Notes under the pieces: generated by a model
Databases searched by the model: none
The model's input: only the letters and a program-made list of their open reading frames with translations
Told to the model about the DNA's origin: nothing
Program-made: the position numbers and the translations under genes
Virus record (IMG/VR): IMGVR_UViG_3300037418_004082
Reading direction: 5' to 3' (one strand)
Origin: a virus
DNA: 64,000 bases
Shown here: positions 37,241 to 44,659 of the stretch, in pieces
How the letters are laid out: each line of letters opens with the position of its first letter
Numbering within the stretch: the first letter of the stretch is position 1

Positions 37241-38401
37241 CTAGTTCTTCGTGAGGTCCACGACGTGGCTCAAGATGTCGAGGCCGTCCACGAACGGGTG
37301 GCCCGCAGCGGCCGCGCCCGGCGGGAACGTGGGACCCATCGGGCTCACCAGTACCAGCTCGGTGTTGATGTACTGGATCAGCTTCTTCAGGAGGTTCACG
37401 GCGTCGGTGCCCATCACGGCGGGCTGGCCGCCCTCGCCGCCCAGGTGCACGTGCGGCGAGTTGATGGTCTTCTTCACGCCAATCGTCTCGACCGACGAGC
37501 CATCCACGTCGATCTCCTGGCTTCCGCCCACGATCAACTTCTGGTTCTTCGTGATGCCGACGCCTTGGTTGCCGTTGATCTCCGTCAACTCGTCGCCCTT
37601 GAGCCAGCGGTGCTGCACCCCGTTCTGGTCGAGCTGGAACGTAGCCACGGGCGTCTCGCAGTCCTTCGCGTGAAGCGTCCAGCTCAAGAAGGGGCTCCCC
37701 TCGCTGTCGCTCTTGCCCAGCACGAGGTCGAACGCGAACTTGTCGTCATAGGTGTTGGGGCCGTGCATGTTGCAACGCATGTGCAACTTGGTCTTGCCCT
37801 CGTCATTGAGGATCTCGATGTGCCCCCAGTCCGTGAACATCTGGAACTGACGTGACACCAGACGTGTGAGGTGGTCCACCTGCATCATCAGCAACTGGCA
37901 GAGGTCGTCTACCTTGATGCCGGCCACGCCGCCACGTAGCGCGAAGACGCTCGCGCCGTCGCTCGACCGGAAGCCCCGGTCGCCCGCGATCAAGTCGTAA
38001 GGCCGATGCGAGCGGAAGTTCTTGACCTTGTGCTCGACCACGCGGTACGGCGTGGGGGACCCGGTCAACGAAAGCCAGGTGTTGAGGGCCTTGTCGTAGT
38101 CGTCGTGCTCCGGCGGGCGGCCTTCGGCGAAGTAGCTGGCCGGCGGAAAACAATGCTCGATCGCCTCCATACCCAGCTCGTGCGTGAGCTTGCCCTTCCA
38201 TCCGGGCTCCGGCGTCGAAATGTCGCCTCCACCATCCGGGCCCGCTTCGCTGATAATTAAAACGTCGGGCAACACCTGACCGTCGGACGACAGTACCGAC
38301 GCCGTCATACGCACGGGATCCACCGTCAGGATGGTCACGTACCCGCGAGAGGCACTGTCCTCCTGGTGGACCTGATACGGATTGCGAGGCGAGCGGGACA
38401 A
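37241..38401 (-). CDS. Baseplate hub/central spike protein (gp5/VgrG-like)
   Basis: N-terminal OB-like segment (ILTVDPVRMTASV), beta-helix repeats EINGNQ/ITKNQ/IVGGSQ/VDGSS, VHLGGEG...PAVMG. Confidence 0.75.
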   Translation of the reverse strand: MSRSPRNPYQVHQEDSASRGYVTILTVDPVRMTASVLSSDGQVLPDVLIISEAGPDGGGDISTPEPGWKGKLTHELGMEAIEHCFPPASYFAEGRPPEHDDYDKALNTWLSLTGSPTPYRVVEHKVKNFRSHRPYDLIAGDRGFRSSDGASVFALRGGVAGIKVDDLCQLLMMQVDHLTRLVSRQFQMFTDWGHIEILNDEGKTKLHMRCNMHGPNTYDDKFAFDLVLGKSDSEGSPFLSWTLHAKDCETPVATFQLDQNGVQHRWLKGDELTEINGNQGVGITKNQKLIVGGSQEIDVDGSSVETIGVKKTINSPHVHLGGEGGQPAVMGTDAVNLLKKLIQYINTELVLVSPMGPTFPPGAAAAGHPFVDGLDILSHVVDLTKN

Positions 38402-38427
38402 GGTTACTCCGCGCGAGGAATGCGAAC

Positions 38428-38766
38428 GTGGGAAGCGAAAAAGATACGACGTTGAAGCGGTTCTTGGAGGCCCGGAAGTCCTTCCGGTCGGCCGTCGAGG
38501 AACTTAAGTTCCCGGCGTACTCCAAAGTGGTGACCCCTGCTTTGCATGATACCACTAAATTAGCCAAGCTGACGCGTTCATTAACCACCGACAAGCAAGT
38601 CGCCGTGCAGCAGCACGCCCACGACATCATCGCGTCGAGCCGACGCGCAGTTGCCCTGCGGAACAAGACCTTCCTCGACCACGTCGCGGACGCCAAGGCC
38701 GCGCGTCCGATGCAGGATCGGTACGAGGAGAGCCGCCTGGCGCGCTACGAAAGCGAGCGGTTCTAA
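38428..38766 (+). CDS. Hypothetical basic protein
   Basis: GAGGA SD with GTG start; coupled to the gp25-like gene. Confidence 0.55.
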   Translation: MGSEKDTTLKRFLEARKSFRSAVEELKFPAYSKVVTPALHDTTKLAKLTRSLTTDKQVAVQQHAHDIIASSRRAVALRNKTFLDHVADAKAARPMQDRYEESRLARYESERF

Positions 38767-39221
38767 TGGCCCTGTTCGGGATGTCGGCCGGCACGTTCGA
38801 GAAGATCGGCACCAACCTCTACCGCATCAACCTCAAGAAGGGCTTCAGCGAGGCGCGTTTCGCGACCGACACCGACAAGCTCCTGTTCGAGGTATTCTAT
38901 TACGTGCTGACGCCCCTCGGATCCATCCCCACGGACCCGGACGCGGGCACGCTCATCCCCAACATGATCGGCCGGGTCGCGCTCAACAGCAGCGTCTCCG
39001 CGCAGAACATGATGGTCAACGAGCTGAACCGCGCCGAAGCCGGCATCAAGTTGCGCCAGCAGCAGAACCCCGACCTGCCCGCCACCCAACGGTTGGGCCG
39101 GCTCGAAGCCGAACGCATCGAAGTCAACACGCCCGAACAAGCCATCGACATGGTGCTGGCGATCACGGACGGCACCGGGAAGCGCGTCGGCTTCACCATC
39201 ACGACCGGGCTGGGAGGCTAA
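38766..39221 (+). CDS. Baseplate wedge protein, gp25-like
   Basis: LLFEVFYYVLTPLGSIPTDPDAGT followed by LGRLEAERIEV. Confidence 0.7.
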   Translation: MALFGMSAGTFEKIGTNLYRINLKKGFSEARFATDTDKLLFEVFYYVLTPLGSIPTDPDAGTLIPNMIGRVALNSSVSAQNMMVNELNRAEAGIKLRQQQNPDLPATQRLGRLEAERIEVNTPEQAIDMVLAITDGTGKRVGFTITTGLGG

Positions 39222-39224
39222 CTC

Positions 39225-40700
39225 ATGGCGACCATCAACGACGTCATCTTGCAGCAAGCGGAGCAGTTCTTGGTGGAGGCCATCAAGGCGGGCTTCGAGG
39301 GCGACGCCGACGCGATCGACCTGCGCCCCGGCACGCCCCAGTACGACCTGTTCGTGCGGCCCCAGCTTCCCGTGCTGGCGCGCGTCATCGCCAAGCTGAA
39401 CGACGCGGACCGCAAGGCCACGCCCCTGAACTTCGACCAGCTCACCCAGACGGAGCTGTTCGCCATCGGTGACCGCTGGCAGGTCAACCCGACCACGGGC
39501 CGCAAGGCCGGCGGCTCCGTCCGCATCAAGCTGAAGGAGCGCGTGGCCGTGTCGGTGTCTCCCGCCGACGAGATCGTGCAGAACGGCCTCGTCTACCACC
39601 CGACCGCCGTGGTGGACCTGGCCGCGAGCGACCTTTCGTTCGAGTCCGTGCTGGACTACTACTACGCGGACGTCCAGATCGAGTCGGACGACGTGGGATC
39701 GAAGTACATCACGGGCATCGACACCAAGTTCACGATGGCGGCTTACGACGGCGACACGAACCTGATCGAGATCGTCGCCGTGACGCCGATCAGCGGGGGC
39801 TTCGACGTCGAGGCGAACGCCGACTACTACCAGCGCATCCGCACGACGAGCGTGGTGCGCAACTTGATCAACAACTTGAGCATCAACAACGTGCTCAAGG
39901 ACCAGTTCGCGGGTTCGATCCAGCGCTTGCTGGTGGTGGGCTACCAGGACGCGGAGATGCGCCGCGACCTCAAGACGGTGGTGGACCCCTTGTTGGGGAA
40001 CATCAGCCTGCACCTGGGTGGGCACACGGACATCTACGTGAAGACTCCGATCATCCGCAAGACCGTCGAGATCTTCGTGCCGTCGGGCGGGTTCGAGATC
40101 GATATGAGCGCGTACCTTGCCTTGCTGAAGGTGCATTCCGTCACGCGAAAGAGCGATCCTACCACGCCGCTCTACTTCGCCCTCACCAACACCCGCGTCG
40201 ATACGCGTTACTCCGCGCGTGACGGAGTGCGCCTGTTCGTGGACCCGGGCGTCGTGAACGACACGATCGTCGTGGATATGTCGTACGCGCCCGACGTCGT
40301 CGAGATCCAGGCGTTCGTGGATAGCGAGGACCAGCACGTGACGAACGCCGACCAGCTCGTGCGTTTCTTCCACCCGGTGTGGCTGTCGAGCCTGATCTAC
40401 GTGCAGGGCATTGGCACCGGCGACTCCGCCGCGTCGGCCGCGATGGAGGTGTACCTGGAGGGGCTGACGAACGCGGAGCCCCTGGCCGTGAGCCGCCTGA
40501 CCGAAGCGATCTACAAGTCGAGCGCGGTGAACGTCGTGCAGGACTACGCGCTGACCGCCCAGGTCTACTACGGCGACGGCACCCAGGTGGAGCTAACCGA
40601 CAGCAACGTGCTCGTGATCCCCGACAACCTCGCGAAGGGTTTCACGCAGCGAGTGGCGTGTTACGTGAACGAGGCGATTCGTCTCGTGCCAGTGGGTTAG
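39225..40700 (+). CDS. Baseplate J / gp6-like wedge protein
   Basis: DLRPGT...DLF, GRKAGGSV, PISGGFDVEANADYYQRI. Confidence 0.8.
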   Translation: MATINDVILQQAEQFLVEAIKAGFEGDADAIDLRPGTPQYDLFVRPQLPVLARVIAKLNDADRKATPLNFDQLTQTELFAIGDRWQVNPTTGRKAGGSVRIKLKERVAVSVSPADEIVQNGLVYHPTAVVDLAASDLSFESVLDYYYADVQIESDDVGSKYITGIDTKFTMAAYDGDTNLIEIVAVTPISGGFDVEANADYYQRIRTTSVVRNLINNLSINNVLKDQFAGSIQRLLVVGYQDAEMRRDLKTVVDPLLGNISLHLGGHTDIYVKTPIIRKTVEIFVPSGGFEIDMSAYLALLKVHSVTRKSDPTTPLYFALTNTRVDTRYSARDGVRLFVDPGVVNDTIVVDMSYAPDVVEIQAFVDSEDQHVTNADQLVRFFHPVWLSSLIYVQGIGTGDSAASAAMEVYLEGLTNAEPLAVSRLTEAIYKSSAVNVVQDYALTAQVYYGDGTQVELTDSNVLVIPDNLAKGFTQRVACYVNEAIRLVPVG

Positions 40701-40707
40701 GAGGTAC

Positions 40708-41334
40708 GTGATGAGTCTGCCAGCGTTCGTTCCCTGCTTCTGGATTGAAGAGATCGGCCAGGCGCGCCGCATGTTTCGTCGTTACCGATCGAGCATCGCA
40801 GAGCCGGTGAGCGTGTGTGATGCACGCTACGGCTACCACAACGCGCACGCGCCGCTCGACATCTCCGAAGTTCCTATCGAAGCGACGATGACGAGCACGA
40901 GCCCGAACGAGTTCAAGGACGATCCTCGCTGGCCCGTGAAGTGCGACCACTGCGACTACGTGTTCCAGCCCGACGACAACTACCAGATCTTTCAGGAACG
41001 CCTCTACCGTCGCACCGACACGGGCGAGGTGGTGGACCTGCGGACGGTGAGCCCCGGCGCGATGTGGAACGCCTGGTGGATGGCGGACCTCGACCCCGAA
41101 CGGCCTGGCCCCGACGGCAAGGTCCTGATGATCAAGCTCCCGGGCGGCCACGAGTGGTGTCCCGATCGCCCCTCGTCGAACGGCACCGGCCGCTGGCAGC
41201 GTACGGGCGACCCGACCGACCCCAAGACCCTCACCATCCGGCCCAGCATCCTGTTCGAAGGTAAGCCGCGCTTCCACGCGTACCTGACCGACGGCAAGCT
41301 GGATGTCCTGCCCGATTCGGAGCCCTGGGAGTAG
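40708..41334 (+). CDS. Hypothetical protein with Zn site and DUF6527-like C-terminus
   Basis: CDHC; W...G...TLTIRPSIL...FHAYLTDGKL. Confidence 0.6.
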   Translation: MMSLPAFVPCFWIEEIGQARRMFRRYRSSIAEPVSVCDARYGYHNAHAPLDISEVPIEATMTSTSPNEFKDDPRWPVKCDHCDYVFQPDDNYQIFQERLYRRTDTGEVVDLRTVSPGAMWNAWWMADLDPERPGPDGKVLMIKLPGGHEWCPDRPSSNGTGRWQRTGDPTDPKTLTIRPSILFEGKPRFHAYLTDGKLDVLPDSEPWE

Positions 41335-41336
41335 CC

Positions 41337-42944
41337 GTGCGCGAAGTCCTTCAAGCCATCCACCAGCAGGAGCAGCTCGGGGCACCACCCGGCGCCTACA
41401 CCGGACGCGTCGGTCGGACGGGCGGGGCCAAGGGGGTCCCCGACCGTTGGGTCGTGCTGCAGGACGTCCGGGCGGCGGATGGTCAGCCCGTCACCGATCA
41501 CGTCTGGTTCCCGGCCACGCACGAGTTCGCGCCTTACGCCCACGGCGAGCGGGTGCGCTTCGTCGCCAAGGTCAACCCCTACTTCAAGGGGCCCAGCCAC
41601 GCCCGCGAGCTGGACTACGCGTTCAGCCGACCCAAGGAGGTCATGAAAGCCGCCATGCTGCAATCTGGAGAGCCCGGCTACGCCCGTCTGTTCGCCGCGC
41701 GCTTGCGCAACCGCCTGGGCCAGGGCGACGCCTCGACGTGGGCGATCGAGCAGGAGTATAAGGCGGCCATGGAGATGAACCCCGACGCCCAGCGCAAGCT
41801 CAACGCCCTGGAAGGCTCCGAAGGCGGGTGCTTCGCCGACGGGGTGATGGAGGCGGCCAAGGAGCTGGCACGCGCGGCCGGTCGCGACCTCGTGCTACCG
41901 GAGGACGTGGTGGCGGCCGTCCGTCAGACGCCCAAGGAGGCCAGCCTGTACCGGGCCAAGATCCTCGCCAACCAGGCACTCGCACCGCACGAGATGGATG
42001 GCTTCCACGCGTTGCTGGACCGCTTCACGCGCCTCAAGGCCCGCCAGCAAGGCTTCGGTCCCGACACCCTGATCGAGGGCGGCTACGCGCACAACCCGGC
42101 GTCGAAGTCGAACTTCGTGGGCTTCAACGTGAGCCACGGCGAGCAGGCAGAGCGCGGCGGTGGCCGCTTCACGGTGCAGCACCACGTGGGCGACCCGACC
42201 GAAGGTGTGACCGACTGGCTCGCGACGGCGGAGGCCCACCGTGGGCAAGGCCAAGCCAAGCGCACGGCCGCGCTGATGGACGACGTGATGGCCGCCATGG
42301 GAGCGCGTCGCCTGGTCAGCCGACCGCAGCACCCGGCCGTCGCCAAGTACCGGGCCCAGATGGGCTACAAGCCGGGCGGCAACCCGTTCATGGGCGAGGC
42401 GGAGAAGTACGTGCCGGACACCCCGGCCGTGGCCCGGGACCGGGCGCGCTTCAAGGAGGCCGCGGAGAAGGCGCCGACGCGTGACGACTGGAAGACCCGG
42501 CCGGGCGTGCGCGCCATGGTCACTGACAGCGACGGCAAGGTGCTCCTGCTGCGTCGCCCCGACGACGAGGAGTTCCACCCCGGCACGTGGAACCTGCCGG
42601 GCGGGGCCAAGGAGGACGACGAGACCTTCCTGAACGGCGCGCTGCGCGAGCTGAAGGAGGAGACCAACCTCGACGCCTACCCGACCAGCCAGGCCCACGA
42701 GTTCAAGTTCCCGGGCGGCATGGGCAAGGCGTTCATGATGAGCCTGCGGGACGGCGCCAAGCTGAAGCTGGATCCGCGCGAGGTGGACGAGGCCGGCTGG
42801 TTCTACCCGGACCACCTGCCCAAGAAGCTCTTCCCGCAGACCGCGAGCACCGTCAAGGCGCTCTTGAAGTTGCAGGCTTCCCGCGAGAAGTCTGCCGGTT
42901 TCCGCCCGTACGAGGTGTACCTGGGCACGTACTTCCACGAGTAG
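41337..42944 (+). CDS. Multidomain protein: OB-like, histone-fold-like, GNAT acetyltransferase, Nudix hydrolase
   Basis: Nudix box GGAKEDDETFLNGALRELKEETNL; GNAT motif A HRGQGQA and AKYRAQMGY; FADGVMEAAKELARAAGRDLVLPEDV. Confidence 0.75.
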   Translation: MREVLQAIHQQEQLGAPPGAYTGRVGRTGGAKGVPDRWVVLQDVRAADGQPVTDHVWFPATHEFAPYAHGERVRFVAKVNPYFKGPSHARELDYAFSRPKEVMKAAMLQSGEPGYARLFAARLRNRLGQGDASTWAIEQEYKAAMEMNPDAQRKLNALEGSEGGCFADGVMEAAKELARAAGRDLVLPEDVVAAVRQTPKEASLYRAKILANQALAPHEMDGFHALLDRFTRLKARQQGFGPDTLIEGGYAHNPASKSNFVGFNVSHGEQAERGGGRFTVQHHVGDPTEGVTDWLATAEAHRGQGQAKRTAALMDDVMAAMGARRLVSRPQHPAVAKYRAQMGYKPGGNPFMGEAEKYVPDTPAVARDRARFKEAAEKAPTRDDWKTRPGVRAMVTDSDGKVLLLRRPDDEEFHPGTWNLPGGAKEDDETFLNGALRELKEETNLDAYPTSQAHEFKFPGGMGKAFMMSLRDGAKLKLDPREVDEAGWFYPDHLPKKLFPQTASTVKALLKLQASREKSAGFRPYEVYLGTYFHE

Positions 42945-42950
42945 GTTCGT

Positions 42951-43628
42951 ATGTCCCAGGTTAGCCGCTGGTCAGCGCGTCGTGACGACATCGTTCATCT
43001 CTTGAAGAACGGCATGTCGATCGCGGAGCTGGCCGAAACATACGGTGTTAAACCCAAGCACATGCGACGCGTGTTGCTACGAATGCACATCGACGCGTGC
43101 TGGCTGCGTAACAAGTATTGGGCCAATGTGCGTAATCTGCGAGCATTGATGGAGTCTGGTTACAGCCGTACGCAGATTGCACACCTGTACCACGTGGACG
43201 AGAACCTGGTCGAGAAGTACCTCAAGTTCCACGACCTGGATCCGCGTGATCCCGTGACCAGGTTCAAGGCCAAGTTGGCGGTTCGGGAGAACGGCTGCAT
43301 CGAGTGGACCGGGTACGTCGAGAAGGCGTCCGGCTACGGCGTGTTCACGTACAAGACGGGAACGCGTGATTATTTCTATGCGCACCGCTTCAGCTTCGTG
43401 CTGCAGCGCGGGGACATCCCGGCGGGGATGACGCTCGACCACACCTGCGTCAACAAGCGGTGCGTGAACCCGGACCACCTGGAGGTGGTGACCGCCTCGG
43501 AGAACAGCAAGCGCATGCACGCCCGCCGGAACATGCTCTGCGAGATCGCCAAGCGGCTCCTGCAGTCGGAGTACCCCTTCGTAGACCGGATCGCCCTGTT
43601 GGACCCCCTCACCCCCGGAGGTAGCTAA
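42951..43628 (+). CDS. HNH endonuclease with N-terminal HTH (free-standing homing type)
   Basis: CIEWTG...GYG...AHRFSF...LDHTCVNKRCVNPDHLEVVTASEN; MSIAELAETYGV HTH. Confidence 0.85.
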   Translation: MSQVSRWSARRDDIVHLLKNGMSIAELAETYGVKPKHMRRVLLRMHIDACWLRNKYWANVRNLRALMESGYSRTQIAHLYHVDENLVEKYLKFHDLDPRDPVTRFKAKLAVRENGCIEWTGYVEKASGYGVFTYKTGTRDYFYAHRFSFVLQRGDIPAGMTLDHTCVNKRCVNPDHLEVVTASENSKRMHARRNMLCEIAKRLLQSEYPFVDRIALLDPLTPGGS

Positions 43629-43629
43629 A

Positions 43630-43953
43630 ATGCGCCCTGCAATCGTCTATCTATTGTTGAAGGAAGCCTCCGATCAGGCCCCCGTCGCTCCCCCGCCGCT
43701 CGACCTGATGGTCGTCGGCTCCGACGTGAAGGGCCACCTGGCGGCCCGGTCCAAGGGCTACGTCCCGCTCGTCCTGCTGGGCGAGGAAGGCCAGGAACCG
43801 ACGCACCTGGTCTACACCCACCGCCGGGGGTACAACGCCGCCGTGCACGCCCTGCACGCGGACCGGTCGTCCTTCATGGCGCACGCCCGCGGGCTGCTGG
43901 CGCCGCCCACCCCCACCCCTGGGGGTAACCCCTTCTTGCCGGCGCAGGCGTAA
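43630..43953 (+). CDS. Small protein with MRP tag
   Basis: MRPAIVYLLLKEAS; last gene before the terminator. Confidence 0.65.
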   Translation: MRPAIVYLLLKEASDQAPVAPPPLDLMVVGSDVKGHLAARSKGYVPLVLLGEEGQEPTHLVYTHRRGYNAAVHALHADRSSFMAHARGLLAPPTPTPGGNPFLPAQA

Positions 43954-43983
43954 GCCCGCTCCCACAGACCCTATAAAGCTCCC

Positions 43984-44013
43984 GGCCACCCCCACCCCTG
44001 GGGGTGGCCTTTT
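43984..44013 (+). terminator. Intrinsic terminator ending the late baseplate operon
   Basis: GGCCACCCCC-acccct-GGGGGTGGCC-TTTT. Confidence 0.75.
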
Positions 44014-44095
44014 AATGCCTAAAAACAGGCTCGAAAACCCCTATCTATAGTTGTATCCCACATTTACGCCCGGTCTGCCGGGCAAGGAGGTCACT

Positions 44096-44335
44096 ATGAC
44101 GAGCACGTCCCTCGCCCAGACGAAGGTCTTGGGCTTCTCCTGCTCGAACGACCGCCAGGTGCTCTTGGCTCACGGCCGGGTCCTCAAGACGGCCCTCGAC
44201 GCGGTGGTCGCCAAGCACGGCGCGTTCACGGCCGTCGGCAACACGCTCAACGACGCCTTCATGGACGTCGTCCGCCAGTTGCGCGCGATGGACGGCTTGC
44301 AGCCGGGCCAGGTGCACAACTTCTTCCCGGACTAG
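44096..44335 (+). CDS. Hypothetical early protein
   Basis: AAGGAGG SD. Confidence 0.7.
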   Translation: MTSTSLAQTKVLGFSCSNDRQVLLAHGRVLKTALDAVVAKHGAFTAVGNTLNDAFMDVVRQLRAMDGLQPGQVHNFFPD

Positions 44336-44344
44336 GTCACCCTA

Positions 44345-44385
44345 ACCCGCGGTTGTTTGCTTACAACCGCGGGTCGCGCTATAGT
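44345..44385 (+). promoter_or_regulatory. Sigma70-type promoter with -35 inside a perfect 12-bp inverted repeat
   Basis: ACCCGCGGTTGT-TTGCTT-ACAACCGCGGGT; TTGCTT-17 nt-TATAGT. Confidence 0.6.
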
Positions 44386-44455
44386 GGAGCTGGCACCTCG
44401 AACTGCCCGTCCAGCGTGACGTTAAACGGCCGGTCTGCCGGCCAGGAGTTACATC

Positions 44456-44647
44456 GTGCACACCAAGCGCACCACCTCGTTCTCCGCCATCGGGGTCGAG
44501 TACGTCAACCACACCTACATGGGCGAGCACTACTGCGGGCACAACATCCGCCCGGTGGAAGACGGCGTCGCCGTCCGTATGGGCTACCCGCGCAAGGGCA
44601 AGTACGCCGGCTTCCGGCTGGCGATGCCCATGCGGAAGTCGGCGTAG
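44456..44647 (+). CDS. Hypothetical protein
   Basis: AGGAG SD, GTG start. Confidence 0.6.
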   Translation: MHTKRTTSFSAIGVEYVNHTYMGEHYCGHNIRPVEDGVAVRMGYPRKGKYAGFRLAMPMRKSA

Positions 44648-44659
44648 GAGGTGCCGACG

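Noticed and set aside
19565-40700. Extracellular contractile injection system or tailocin rather than a phage
   Set aside because: Terminase, portal, protease and capsid genes are present.
43972-43979. TATAAAGC as a T4-type late promoter
   Set aside because: Single imperfect copy directly before a terminator.
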